A DNA stretch of 64,000 bases from the NCBI RefSeq assembly GCF_055900595.2, contig NZ_CM148325.1; one strand, 5' to 3'. A model generated the notes under the pieces. The model was not told the origin of the DNA. It ran no database searches and worked only from the letters and a program-made list of their open reading frames with translations. Within the stretch, counting starts at the first letter, position 1, and every line of letters begins with the position of its first letter. Below are positions 22,560 to 33,497 of this stretch, in pieces. The translations under genes and the position numbers were made by a program.

Positions 22560-22904
22560 TTACACCGCAGCCACAATCTTAATTTCAACTTTATACTTCG
22601 GGTTCATCAAACCCGCTTGTACCGTGCAGCGCACCGGCGCATGACCCGCGACAACCCAGGCATCCCACGCTTTATTCATCGCCGCGAAGTCGTTTTTATC
22701 AGCCAGGAAAATGGTGGCATCCAGAATGCTCGATTTATTGCTGCCCTGTTTTTCCAGCACGGCGTCAATCTGCGCCAGCGTGTTGGCGGTTTGCTCAAAG
22801 GCATTGGCGTCGAGGTTTTCCGGTACACCAGTGTAGTAGAGCGTGTTGTTGTGGATTACTACATCAGACCAGCGGGCTTCAGCATCGATACGAACGATAG
22901 TCAT
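22560..22904 (-). CDS. yoaB: RidA/YjgF-family protein YoaB
   Basis: Track ORF 22560..22952 trimmed to ATG at 22904 (MTIVRIDAEARWSDVVIHNNTLYYTG...); 114 aa. Confidence 0.85.
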   Translation of the reverse strand: MTIVRIDAEARWSDVVIHNNTLYYTGVPENLDANAFEQTANTLAQIDAVLEKQGSNKSSILDATIFLADKNDFAAMNKAWDAWVVAGHAPVRCTVQAGLMNPKYKVEIKIVAAV

Positions 22905-23035
22905 CATTTTGTCCTCATTATCCTTCCATTTTCGTGCTGCAAAGACTGCCACAATGTGAGGTCGCCGTCACCACTTCAACTGGCGAAAGCGCCCTCATCC
23001 TGACATAATCCCTGTTCAAATCAACAGGGGGTAGT

Positions 23036-24946
23036 GTGACGGACGATTTTGCACCAGACGGTCAGCTGGCGAAAGCGATACCAGGCTTTAAGCCGCGAGA
23101 ACCACAGCGACAGATGGCGGTAGCCGTCACCCAGGCGATAGAAAAAGGCCAGCCGCTGGTGGTGGAAGCAGGAACCGGTACGGGCAAAACCTACGCTTAC
23201 CTGGCTCCTGCGCTGCGGGCGAAAAAGAAAGTCATTATCTCGACCGGCTCAAAAGCGTTGCAGGATCAGCTCTACAGCCGCGATTTGCCAACAGTCTCAA
23301 AGGCATTGAAATATACGGGCAACGTGGCGCTGCTGAAAGGGCGCTCTAACTACCTCTGCCTCGAACGTCTCGAACAGCAGGCGCTGGCGGGTGGCGATCT
23401 ACCGGTACAAATTTTAAGCGATGTGATCCTGCTGCGCTCCTGGTCTAATCAAACAGTCGATGGTGATATCAGCACCTGCGTCAGCGTGGCGGAAGATTCA
23501 CAGGCGTGGCCGCTGGTCACCAGCACCAACGACAACTGCCTTGGCAGCGACTGCCCGATGTATAAAGATTGCTTTGTGGTCAAAGCACGCAAAAAAGCGA
23601 TGGACGCCGATGTGGTGGTGGTAAACCATCATCTCTTTCTGGCGGATATGGTGGTGAAAGAGAGTGGATTTGGCGAACTGATCCCGGAAGCGGACGTCAT
23701 GATCTTTGACGAAGCCCATCAGCTGCCCGACATTGCCAGCCAGTATTTTGGTCAGTCACTCTCCAGTCGACAACTGCTCGACCTGGCAAAAGACATCACC
23801 ATCGCCTACCGCACCGAATTAAAAGACACCCAGCAGTTACAAAAGTGCGCCGACCGCCTTGCCCAGAGCGCGCAGGATTTTCGCCTGCAATTAGGTGAGC
23901 CAGGTTATCGTGGTAACCTGCGCGAACTGTTAGCTAATCCGCAAATTCAGCGAGCATTTTTACTGCTCGATGACACCCTGGAACTTTGTTATGACGTGGC
24001 GAAACTGTCGCTGGGGCGTTCCGCCTTGCTGGATGCGGCATTTGAGCGCGCCACGTTGTATCGTACGCGGCTGAAACGGCTAAAAGAGATCAATCAGCCG
24101 GGCTACAGCTACTGGTACGAATGCACTTCGCGCCATTTTACTCTGGCACTCACGCCGCTCAGCGTGGCGGATAAATTCAAAGAGTTAATGGCGCAAAAAC
24201 CAGGTAGCTGGATCTTTACCTCAGCAACGCTGTCGGTGAATGACGATCTGCATCATTTTACCTCGCGGCTTGGCATTGAACAGGCAGAGTCGTTGCTGTT
24301 ACCCAGCCCGTTTGATTACAGCCGCCAGGCGTTACTCTGTGTGCCGCGCAACCTGCCGCAAACCAACCAGCCGGGCTCCGCACGGCAACTGGCGGCAATG
24401 CTGCGACCGATCATCGAAGCTAACAACGGTCGTTGTTTTATGCTTTGTACCTCGCACGCCATGATGCGCGATCTGGCTGAGCAGTTCCGCGCCACCATGA
24501 CGCTTCCCGTGTTGTTGCAGGGGGAAACCAGCAAAGGCCAACTGCTACAGCAGTTTGTCAGCGCCGGTAACGCGCTGCTTGTGGCGACCAGCAGTTTCTG
24601 GGAGGGGGTGGATGTGCGTGGCGATACATTGTCATTGGTGATTATCGACAAGTTGCCGTTTACCTCCCCAGATGACCCGTTGTTAAAAGCGCGCATGGAA
24701 GATTGCCGTTTGCGCGGTGGTGACCCGTTCGATGAAGTACAGCTGCCGGATGCGGTCATTACTCTCAAGCAGGGAGTAGGGCGACTGATTCGCGACGCCG
24801 ACGATCGAGGGGTTTTGGTGATTTGCGATAATCGGCTGGTGATGCGTCCTTACGGCGCGACCTTCCTCGCCAGTCTGCCGCCCGCGCCACGCACCCGTGA
24901 CATTGCCCGTGCGGTTCGTTTCCTTGCGATACCATCCTCCAGGTAA
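23036..24946 (+). CDS. yoaA: DinG-family ATP-dependent DNA helicase YoaA
   Basis: 636-aa ORF; Walker A GTGTGKT and DEAH-like box DEAHQL in translation. Confidence 0.92.
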   Translation: MTDDFAPDGQLAKAIPGFKPREPQRQMAVAVTQAIEKGQPLVVEAGTGTGKTYAYLAPALRAKKKVIISTGSKALQDQLYSRDLPTVSKALKYTGNVALLKGRSNYLCLERLEQQALAGGDLPVQILSDVILLRSWSNQTVDGDISTCVSVAEDSQAWPLVTSTNDNCLGSDCPMYKDCFVVKARKKAMDADVVVVNHHLFLADMVVKESGFGELIPEADVMIFDEAHQLPDIASQYFGQSLSSRQLLDLAKDITIAYRTELKDTQQLQKCADRLAQSAQDFRLQLGEPGYRGNLRELLANPQIQRAFLLLDDTLELCYDVAKLSLGRSALLDAAFERATLYRTRLKRLKEINQPGYSYWYECTSRHFTLALTPLSVADKFKELMAQKPGSWIFTSATLSVNDDLHHFTSRLGIEQAESLLLPSPFDYSRQALLCVPRNLPQTNQPGSARQLAAMLRPIIEANNGRCFMLCTSHAMMRDLAEQFRATMTLPVLLQGETSKGQLLQQFVSAGNALLVATSSFWEGVDVRGDTLSLVIIDKLPFTSPDDPLLKARMEDCRLRGGDPFDEVQLPDAVITLKQGVGRLIRDADDRGVLVICDNRLVMRPYGATFLASLPPAPRTRDIARAVRFLAIPSSR

Positions 24947-25003
24947 TTTGTGATGGAGTATGGTATGATGCGCGCCTTTTTATTGATCTAAGCACGAAGA
25001 CCC

Positions 25004-25699
25004 ATGCGAATTCTGGCTATCGATACCGCGACAGAGGCCTGCTCTGTCGCCCTGTGGAACGACGGTACTGTCAACGCTCATTTTGAGCTTTGCCCTCGTG
25101 AACATACTCAACGAATCTTACCGATGGTGCAGGATATCCTGACCACCAGCGGAACTTCCCTGACGGACATAAATGCTCTGGCTTACGGGCGCGGCCCCGG
25201 TAGCTTTACCGGCGTGCGCATTGGTATTGGCATTGCGCAAGGGCTGGCGCTTGGCGCGGAATTACCGATGATTGGCGTCTCCACGCTAATGACGATGGCG
25301 CAAGGGGCGTGGCGCAAAAACCGCGCAACCCGCGTGCTGGCAGCCATTGACGCGCGAATGGGCGAAGTTTACTGGGCCGAATATCAGCGTGATGAAAATG
25401 GTATCTGGCACGGTGAAGAAACCGAAGCCGTACTCAAACCTGAACTCGTTCATGAACGGATGCAACAGCTTTCCGGCGAATGGGTGACGGTAGGGACGGG
25501 CTGGCAAGCCTGGCCGGATCTCGGTAAAGAGAGCGGTTTGGCCCTGCGCGATGGCGAAGTGTTACTGCCCGCTGCAGAAGATATGCTGCCGATTGCTTGT
25601 CAGATGTTTGCCGAGGGTAAAACGGTGGCGGTGGAACATGCCGAACCGGTTTATTTACGTAACAACGTCGCATGGAAGAAACTTCCGGGCAAAGAATGA
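25004..25699 (+). CDS. tsaB: tRNA t6A37 biosynthesis protein TsaB (YeaZ)
   Basis: 231-aa [45 protein letters not shown]... Confidence 0.95.
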   Translation: MRILAIDTATEACSVALWNDGTVNAHFELCPREHTQRILPMVQDILTTSGTSLTDINALAYGRGPGSFTGVRIGIGIAQGLALGAELPMIGVSTLMTMAQGAWRKNRATRVLAAIDARMGEVYWAEYQRDENGIWHGEETEAVLKPELVHERMQQLSGEWVTVGTGWQAWPDLGKESGLALRDGEVLLPAAEDMLPIACQMFAEGKTVAVEHAEPVYLRNNVAWKKLPGKE

Positions 25700-25738
25700 A
25701 TCTTAAGAGTATGCCCTGAGAAAAAAAGGAGTCGCATC

Positions 25739-26320
25739 ATGGCGGTTCAAAAGAATGTTATCAAAGGCATACTGGCAGGTACGTTTGCGCTAATGCTGAG
25801 CGGTTGTGTCACTGTGCCGGACGCCATTAAAGGCAACAGTCCCACGCCGCAACAAGATTTAGTTCGGGTAATGAGTGCGCCGCAGCTGTACGTTGGTCAG
25901 GAGGCACGCTTTGGCGGCAAAGTGGTTGCGGTACAAAACCAGCAAGGGAAAACCCGGCTGGAAATTGCCACCGTACCGCTGGACAGTGGAGCCAGACCGA
26001 CGCTGGGAGAACCTTCTCGCGGTCGTATTTATGCCGATGTGAACGGTTTTCTGGATCCGCTAGATTTTCGTGGACAATTGGTCACGGTAGTTGGACCAAT
26101 CACCGGTGCGGTTGACGGCAAAATCGGCAACACGCCCTATAAATTTATGGTGATGCAGGTAACGGGTTACAAACGTTGGCATTTAACCCAGCAGGTGATT
26201 ATGCCGCCTCAGCCGATTGATCCATGGTTTTATGGCGGTCGTGGCTGGCCCTATGGCTACGGTGGATGGGGCTGGTATAATCCCGGCCCCGCGAGAGTAC
26301 AAACTGTTGTAACTGAATAA
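25739..26320 (+). CDS. yeaY: Slp-family outer-membrane lipoprotein YeaY
   Basis: 193-aa ORF with lipoprotein signal (…LMLSGC). Confidence 0.85.
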   Translation: MAVQKNVIKGILAGTFALMLSGCVTVPDAIKGNSPTPQQDLVRVMSAPQLYVGQEARFGGKVVAVQNQQGKTRLEIATVPLDSGARPTLGEPSRGRIYADVNGFLDPLDFRGQLVTVVGPITGAVDGKIGNTPYKFMVMQVTGYKRWHLTQQVIMPPQPIDPWFYGGRGWPYGYGGWGWYNPGPARVQTVVTE

Positions 26321-26524
26321 TTGCTTGTTTTTAAAGAAAAAGAAACAGCGGCTGGTCCGCTGTTTCTGCATTCTTACGGTAAAGATAAAAATAAATAGTG
26401 ACGCGCTTCGCAACCTTTTCGTTGGGTAATTATCAAGCTGGTATGATGAGTTAATATTATGTTAACAGCATGTATATCATTTGGGGTTGCGATGACGACG
26501 AACACGCATTTTAGAGGTGAAGAA

Positions 26525-28210
26525 TTGAAGAAGGTTTGGCTTAACCGTTATCCCGCGGACGTTCCGACGGAGATCAACCCTGACCGTTATCAATCTCTGG
26601 TAGATATGTTTGAGCAGTCGGTCGCGCGCTACGCCGATCAACCCGCGTTTGTGAATATGGGGGAGGTGATGACCTTCCGCAAACTGGAAGAACGCAGTCG
26701 CGCGTTTGCCGCTTATTTGCAACAAGGGTTGGGACTGAAGAAAGGCGATCGCGTTGCGTTGATGATGCCTAATTTATTGCAATATCCGGTGGCGCTGTTT
26801 GGCATTTTGCGTGCCGGGATGATCGTTGTAAACGTTAACCCGTTGTATACCCCGCGTGAGCTGGAGCATCAGCTTAACGATAGCGGCGCATCAGCGATTG
26901 TTATCGTGTCTAATTTTGCCCACACTCTGGAAAAAGTGGTTGATAAAACCGCCGTTCAGCACGTTATTCTGACCCGTATGGGCGATCAGCTATCCACGGC
27001 AAAAGGCACGGTAGTCAACTTCGTTGTTAAATACATCAAGCGTCTGGTGCCGAAATACCATCTTCCAGATGCCATCTCATTTCGCAGCGCACTGCATAAC
27101 GGCTACCGGATGCAGTACGTCAAACCCGAACTGGTGCCAGAAGATTTAGCTTTCCTGCAATATACCGGCGGTACCACTGGTGTGGCGAAGGGCGCGATGC
27201 TGACTCACCGCAATATGCTGGCGAATCTGGAACAAGTTAACGCGACTTATGGGCCGCTGTTGCATCCGGGCAAAGAGCTGGTGGTGACGGCACTGCCGCT
27301 GTATCACATTTTTGCTCTGACCATTAACTGCCTGCTGTTTATTGAACTGGGTGGGCAGAACCTGCTTATCACTAACCCGCGCGATATTCCGGGGTTGGTA
27401 AAAGAGTTAGCGAAATATCCGTTTACCGCGATAACCGGCGTTAACACCTTGTTCAATGCGTTGCTGAACAATAAAGAGTTCCAGCAGCTGGATTTCTCCA
27501 GTCTGCATCTTTCTGCAGGCGGTGGTATGCCTGTTCAACAAGTGGTGGCTGAACGTTGGGTGAAACTGACCGGACAGTATCTGCTGGAAGGTTATGGCCT
27601 GACCGAGTGTGCGCCGCTGGTCAGCGTTAACCCGTATGATATTGATTATCATAGTGGTAGCATCGGTTTGCCGGTGCCGTCGACGGAAGCCAAACTGGTG
27701 GATGATGATGATAATGAAGTACCACCGGGTCAACCGGGTGAGCTTTGTGTCAAAGGACCGCAGGTGATGCTGGGTTACTGGCAGCGTCCGGATGCTACCG
27801 ATGAAATCATCAAAAATGGCTGGTTACACACCGGCGATATCGCGGTGATGGATGAAGAAGGATTCCTGCGCATTGTCGATCGTAAAAAAGACATGATTCT
27901 GGTTTCCGGTTTTAATGTCTATCCCAACGAAATTGAAGATGTCGTCATGCAGCATCCTGGCGTACAGGAAGTCGCAGCTGTTGGCGTACCTTCCGGCTCC
28001 AGTGGTGAAGCGGTGAAAATCTTCGTAGTGAAAAAAGATCCATCGCTTACCGAAGAGTCACTGGTGACCTTTTGCCGCCGTCAGCTCACGGGCTACAAAG
28101 TACCGAAGCTGGTGGAGTTTCGTGATGAGTTACCGAAATCTAACGTCGGAAAAATTTTGCGACGAGAATTACGTGACGAAGCGCGCGGCAAAGTGGACAA
28201 TAAAGCCTGA
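26525..28210 (+). CDS. fadD: long-chain fatty acid-CoA ligase FadD
   Basis: Track ORF 26459..28210 trimmed to TTG at 26525 so the product begins (M)[19 protein letters not shown]..., 561 aa; AMP-binding motif [12 protein letters not shown]. Confidence 0.93.
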
Positions 28211-28227
28211 GCGTTAAGTCAGTCGTC

Positions 28228-28255
28228 AGACGCCGGTTAATCCGGCGTTTTTTTT
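28228..28255 (+). terminator. intrinsic terminator downstream of fadD
   Basis: stem cgccgg / ccggcg with TTAAT loop followed by an 8-T run. Confidence 0.8.
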
Positions 28256-28279
28256 GACGCCCACTAAAGAGAATACAAT

Positions 28280-29407
28280 TTGAATTACCAAATGATTACC
28301 ACGGACGATGCGCTGGCTTCTTTGTGTGAAGCCGTCCGTGCCTTTCCGGCGATAGCCCTGGATACTGAATTTGTTCGTACGCGCACCTATTACCCGCAGC
28401 TGGGTCTAATTCAACTTTTTGATGGTGAGCATCTGGCGCTAATTGATCCTCTCGGGATCTCCGACTGGTCACCGCTGAAAGCGATACTGCGCGATCAGTC
28501 CATCACAAAATTTCTCCATGCGGGCAGTGAAGATCTGGAAGTGTTCCTCAATGTCTTTGGCGAATTACCACAACCCTTGATTGACACGCAAATCCTTGCT
28601 GCCTTCTGCGGACGCCCGATGTCATGGGGTTTCGCTTCCATGGTGGAAGAGTATTCCGGCGTTACGCTGGACAAGAGTGAATCGCGCACCGACTGGCTGG
28701 CCAGACCGCTGACCGAACGTCAGTGTGAATACGCAGCGGCGGATGTCTGGTATCTGTTACCGATCACCGCAAAGCTTATGGTAGAAACGGAGGCCTCCGG
28801 CTGGCTACCTGCGGCGCTGGATGAATGCCGCCTGATGCAAATGCGTCGTCAGGAAGTCGTTGCACCGGAAGATGCCTGGCGTGATATCACCAATGCCTGG
28901 CAGTTACGCACACGCCAACTGGCCTGTCTGCAACTGTTAGCCGACTGGCGACTGCGCAAGGCGCGGGAGCGCGATCTGGCGGTGAACTTTGTCGTGCGTG
29001 AAGAGCATTTGTGGTCGGTAGCGCGTTATATGCCGGGAAGTTTAGGCGAACTGGACAGCCTGGGCTTATCCGGTAGCGAAATCCGCTTTCACGGTAAAAC
29101 GCTGCTGGCGCTGGTGGAAAAAGCGCAGACATTGCCGGAAGAGGCCTTACCGCAGCCGATGCTTAACCTGATGGACATGCCGGGTTATCGTAAAGCGTTT
29201 AAAGCGATTAAGTCGCTGATTACTGACGTGAGCGAAACACACAAGATCAGCGCCGAATTGCTGGCATCGCGTCGGCAAATCAACCAGCTGCTGAACTGGC
29301 ACTGGAAACTGAAACCGCAGAACAATTTGCCGGAGCTGATTTCCGGCTGGCGTGGTGAGCTGATGGCGGAAGCATTACACAATTTATTGCAGGAATATCC
29401 ACAGTAA
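28280..29407 (+). CDS. rnd: ribonuclease D
   Basis: 375-aa ORF starting at TTG (rnd is known to use a UUG start); (M)NYQMITTDDALASLCEAVRAFPAIALDTEFVRTRTYYPQLGLIQL... Confidence 0.92.
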   Translation: MNYQMITTDDALASLCEAVRAFPAIALDTEFVRTRTYYPQLGLIQLFDGEHLALIDPLGISDWSPLKAILRDQSITKFLHAGSEDLEVFLNVFGELPQPLIDTQILAAFCGRPMSWGFASMVEEYSGVTLDKSESRTDWLARPLTERQCEYAAADVWYLLPITAKLMVETEASGWLPAALDECRLMQMRRQEVVAPEDAWRDITNAWQLRTRQLACLQLLADWRLRKARERDLAVNFVVREEHLWSVARYMPGSLGELDSLGLSGSEIRFHGKTLLALVEKAQTLPEEALPQPMLNLMDMPGYRKAFKAIKSLITDVSETHKISAELLASRRQINQLLNWHWKLKPQNNLPELISGWRGELMAEALHNLLQEYPQ

Positions 29408-29413
29408 AATCTT

Positions 29414-29455
29414 CCGAAGCCGGACTGGGCGCGCTCAGCGCCACATCCGGCTTCG
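29414..29455. other. nested inverted repeat between convergent rnd and yeaX
   Basis: 11-bp perfect outer stem ccgaagccgga / tccggcttcgg enclosing a second GC-rich palindrome (ggcgcgctcagcgcc); no adjacent U-run. Confidence 0.5.
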
Positions 29456-29460
29456 GCAAA

Positions 29461-30426
29461 CTACAAATCCAACACCAGGCGTTTACCCTTCGCGCGTGAA
29501 CAACAGATCAACATACTTTGCTGGCTGGCACGCTCTTCATCGCTAAAATACTGATCCCGATGGTCAGCTTCACCTTCCAGTATTGCCGTTTCGCAGGTTC
29601 CGCATACCCCTTCACGACATAAACATTCCACTTTAGCTGCTTTACTATTTTCAATAACCTGCAAAATAGTCATCTCTTCCGGCACCACAAACTCTTTTCC
29701 GGAACGGGCAAGCACCAGCGTAAATGCATCGCCGGTTTTGTCTTCGATAGCAAATTGCTCAAAGTGCAGCGTATCGGTGGCGATGTCCAGACGCGCAGCT
29801 TCACTTCTTACCGCCTCATTTAGCGCCTCGGGGCCACAGGTATAAACATGTGTGCCAGGTTCGATATCCGCCAATAATCGCGCTAATTCCAGTCGTGTTC
29901 CGGTTGATGAATGATGCAAATGGACTTTCTCGGCCTGCGGATGCTGGACTAGCTCATCACGAAATGCGCAACTTTCTGGATTTCGCGAGCAGTAATGTAA
30001 CTGCCAGTCGACGTCGCTGTATTGCAACTCTGCCATGTGCGACAGGAAAGGGGTGATACCAATACCGCCCGCGATAAACAGATGCTTTCTGGCCGAGGGA
30101 ATTAGCGCAAACAGATTATTAGGCGTCGAAATGGTCAACCGATCGCCTGCTTTCACCTGCTGATGCAAAAAGCGCGAACCACCGCGCGAGTTTTCTTCCA
30201 GCCGAACGGCAATCTGATAACGAGACGTATCGAGTGGCGAACTCAGCAGTGAGTACGCATTGCTGTACTGGTTATCACCATCGCTCATCTGCACAATGAT
30301 GTGACTTCCTCCAGTAAACGCAGGTAATGGTTTGCCATCGGTTGCCACCAGCGTGAAGCGTTTCACCTGTTCGGTAAGGGGGTCAACCTGACTCACCTGT
30401 ACTTCAAACATTTGGTAGTTTGACAT
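29461..30426 (-). CDS. yeaX: carnitine monooxygenase reductase subunit (YeaX/CntB)
   Basis: 321-aa ORF; C-terminal plant-type [2Fe-2S] Cys cluster (CREGVCGTCE) and flavin reductase-like N-terminus. Confidence 0.9.
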   Translation of the reverse strand: MSNYQMFEVQVSQVDPLTEQVKRFTLVATDGKPLPAFTGGSHIIVQMSDGDNQYSNAYSLLSSPLDTSRYQIAVRLEENSRGGSRFLHQQVKAGDRLTISTPNNLFALIPSARKHLFIAGGIGITPFLSHMAELQYSDVDWQLHYCSRNPESCAFRDELVQHPQAEKVHLHHSSTGTRLELARLLADIEPGTHVYTCGPEALNEAVRSEAARLDIATDTLHFEQFAIEDKTGDAFTLVLARSGKEFVVPEEMTILQVIENSKAAKVECLCREGVCGTCETAILEGEADHRDQYFSDEERASQQSMLICCSRAKGKRLVLDL

Positions 30427-30481
30427 TGCTGTACTCCATCAAAAATCAGCCCAGCGGCGGAAAATACCGCCGCCGATGTCA

Positions 30482-31606
30482 TTAGTCCTTAAACACCTGC
30501 GCCAGCAGATTATGGAAATGGGCGATACCATGTTCGGAAATTCCGCTACCGCTACTGTCGGCCATGATGCGCCCCTGACCACGATAGCCACGCGATTTCA
30601 GCCCTTTCTGTACGCTTTCAACCAGACGTAAATCTTCCGGACGGAACACGTCGCGATACCACTCAATCAGTGATTTTTGCTCGTCGGTTAACTCTTCATT
30701 GGTGAAGTAAATATCGTAGTTTTGCAGGGTAGTTTCAGAATCCACCGGGAATTCATAAATGACCGTCATCATGCCTTTGAGCGGGGTGACGTTCAGCATC
30801 GTGCACGGCCACAGCCAGAAACCATGGAATGCCGCATCCGTGCCCTCTTCGAATTTGAAAGACTGTTCGGACGGTTTGGCGAAACCGTACTGTAGCGTCC
30901 AGTTACCGTGCATGGTGTGCCAGTAACGATCAACCTGAACGGAGTCGGAGAAACCTGGATGCGCCGGACCACAGTGATAGCACTCGAGATAGTTATCGAC
31001 AATGTTCTTCCAGTTGGCAGGCGTGCGGGTGGTAAAGCGAGCCGCCAGTTTCAGGTTGTGGACTTCCGGGCAGGCTTCCAGCACTTTCGCCCCCAGACCG
31101 GGTAACTGATCTTCTACGCTGGTGGCGTTGGGGTCCATGTTGATGAAGACGAATCCGGCATATTCTTCCAGACGTACTGGAACCAGTTGCGCTTTGTCGC
31201 TATCGAAATTGGCGACGTTTTCGCAGTTACGCGCATGGGCCAGGTTGCCATCGAGTTTGAATGCCCAGGCGTGATACGGGCAGGTAATCACATTTTTCGC
31301 TTTCCCTTCGCCGCTCAATAACTGATGACCACGGTGCGGGCAAACGTTATAGAACGCGCGCAAAACCTTATCACGACCGCGTACCAGCACGATGCTTTCG
31401 CCAATGATCTCACGCGTCACATAATCATTGGCATTCGCCAGTTCGCTGCTGTGAGCGACGCAAATCCAGCTTTTGGCGAAGACGTTCTCTTTTTCGTGTT
31501 CAAACGCGTTCTGATCGGTATAAAAACGGGCAGGAATGGTCCACGCCTCTTGTGGGTTAGCGCAAAAATTTTCGGGTAGTACAAAGTCAGGGCTCAGATT
31601 GCTCAT
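30482..31606 (-). CDS. yeaW: carnitine monooxygenase oxygenase subunit, Rieske type (YeaW/CntA)
   Basis: Track ORF 30482..31726 trimmed to ATG at 31606 (MSNLSPDFVLPENF...); Rieske motif CPHRGH ... CPYHAW. Confidence 0.9.
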   Translation of the reverse strand: MSNLSPDFVLPENFCANPQEAWTIPARFYTDQNAFEHEKENVFAKSWICVAHSSELANANDYVTREIIGESIVLVRGRDKVLRAFYNVCPHRGHQLLSGEGKAKNVITCPYHAWAFKLDGNLAHARNCENVANFDSDKAQLVPVRLEEYAGFVFINMDPNATSVEDQLPGLGAKVLEACPEVHNLKLAARFTTRTPANWKNIVDNYLECYHCGPAHPGFSDSVQVDRYWHTMHGNWTLQYGFAKPSEQSFKFEEGTDAAFHGFWLWPCTMLNVTPLKGMMTVIYEFPVDSETTLQNYDIYFTNEELTDEQKSLIEWYRDVFRPEDLRLVESVQKGLKSRGYRGQGRIMADSSGSGISEHGIAHFHNLLAQVFKD

Positions 31607-31637
31607 AGGGATACCTTTATCGTTAGGATGATGGCGT

Positions 31638-33248
31638 TCAGTTGTCGCCTTTGAATACGGTTCCAGCAGGAAGCACTGGCGCTTTTCCCGGGGCTTCAAC
31701 CGGTGTCTGCGGGAGATAATGTTCAACTTGATGAGCTGGAATGTCGGCGTAATCCTGTTTCAGCCAGCGAATAAATCCGCCGACTTTCACCAGTAAAATG
31801 GCGAGGAAGGGAAGGGCAGTGAGGACGACGGTAGTTTTCATTGTTTCCAGCGAAGCACCGGTAAACAAGATGGAAAGCGGGATCAGAGTGATCACTACGC
31901 ACCAGAACAGACGCAGCCCACGGTCAGGATCGTCACCTTCCTGGAGATTACGCGTGCTGGTCGCCGCCATGGTGTAAGCCACCGCATCCATATGCGAGGC
32001 GAGGAAGATAATCATCACGCCCAGATAGGCCGCGAGGAACAATTTACCGGCTGGTAGAGACATCAGAACTTGCTGCACAGCTGTTTCGCCGCCCAGTGTT
32101 TCCAGCACCTGTGGGACGTTGATTACGCCATTGATAAACTGATGAATGGCATAGCTTTCCATTACGCCGAAGAAGAACCAGCAACCGACGGTGCTGCCGA
32201 GGATCAGTCCCCAGATAACTTCTTTAATCTTACGACCGCGCGAAACTCGGGTGACAAACATTGCTACGCCAGGGGTGTATGAGATCCACCACAGCCAGTA
32301 GAAAACGGTCCAGTTGCGGGTAAATGAACCATCGCCAAGCGGATCGGTGAATAAGCTCATTTGCAGGAAGTTTTGCGTGGTCAGGCCGATGGCATTGATG
32401 ATGCTGTTGGTAATAAATTCGGTTGGACCGACAATCAGCACCAGTAATGGCAGCAGGAATGCGCCCCAGCCAACCATTTTGCTTAGACGTTGCAAACCGT
32501 TGTTGATACCAATCCACGAGCTTAGGCAAAAAATGCCGCCGGAAAGCAGGATCACAAATGCCTGTACGGTAAAGTTATCGGGTAAACCGGTCAGCGCGGA
32601 AAGCCCACGGGTAAAGGTTGCTGCGGTGACAACAAGGGAAATGGTCAGTGCGCCGACAGTGGCGATCAGGAACATCAAATCGACCAGTTTCCCCCACGGG
32701 CCTTGCGGGCGAACGCCGGTAATAGCAGCAATAATGCCGGAAAGGCTCAGCCCTTTATTTTTCCGCACATGAAAGTGATAAGCCATGATTAATGAGGCCA
32801 GCGTATAAGTTGCCCAGGCGCTGATGCCCCAGTGGAAGAAGGAGTAGGGAACGCTAAATTCGAGTGCCTGTTGTGAACGCGGTGCGATATTTAATCCAGG
32901 CGTTTGATAATAATAGGCCCATTCAGCAACCCCCCAATAAAGCGTAGAAGAACCTAAACCTGCACAAATAAACATAAACAGCCAGGAGAGCGTGCTGTAT
33001 TCCGGTTTTCCTTCGCCAAGACGAATATTGCCGTATTTACTGGTGGCTAAATAAATCACCAGTCCCATTGCCAGCAAAACCAATACCTGTACGGCGGAAC
33101 CTAACGTACGCGTAACAAAAGTGTATATTGCGTTGGCCGCGTCGGCCGATTGTTGTGGGAAAAGGCTTAATGCAGCTGCGATGAAAAGAATGGCCACCAG
33201 GCTGATGCTTATCAACGGCACATCTTTTTTCTTAACATTGCTCATCAT
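31638..33248 (-). CDS. yeaV: BCCT-family transporter YeaV
   Basis: 536-aa multi-TM ORF with BCCT-like N-terminus; start taken from track, true start may be internal. Confidence 0.82.
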   Translation of the reverse strand: MMSNVKKKDVPLISISLVAILFIAAALSLFPQQSADAANAIYTFVTRTLGSAVQVLVLLAMGLVIYLATSKYGNIRLGEGKPEYSTLSWLFMFICAGLGSSTLYWGVAEWAYYYQTPGLNIAPRSQQALEFSVPYSFFHWGISAWATYTLASLIMAYHFHVRKNKGLSLSGIIAAITGVRPQGPWGKLVDLMFLIATVGALTISLVVTAATFTRGLSALTGLPDNFTVQAFVILLSGGIFCLSSWIGINNGLQRLSKMVGWGAFLLPLLVLIVGPTEFITNSIINAIGLTTQNFLQMSLFTDPLGDGSFTRNWTVFYWLWWISYTPGVAMFVTRVSRGRKIKEVIWGLILGSTVGCWFFFGVMESYAIHQFINGVINVPQVLETLGGETAVQQVLMSLPAGKLFLAAYLGVMIIFLASHMDAVAYTMAATSTRNLQEGDDPDRGLRLFWCVVITLIPLSILFTGASLETMKTTVVLTALPFLAILLVKVGGFIRWLKQDYADIPAHQVEHYLPQTPVEAPGKAPVLPAGTVFKGDN

Positions 33249-33497
33249 GAGTCATCTCCTGGGCATAAAAGCCCGTCTCTGGCTTTTGCCAGTTGTAATT
33301 ATTTGCAGGGTATGAGTTGTATGTTGTGTTTAACAAATTGATTATTTACATGTTACATAAATTAAACAATTAAGAATACGGAAAGCCATAAAACACGAAA
33401 CGGAAACAATAAAAGGTGAAATGACGCAGGTTATTTACTGCAAAGAACGAATAAAAAAACCGCGTCAGTGACGCGGTTCAAATAAACTGGTTTGACC

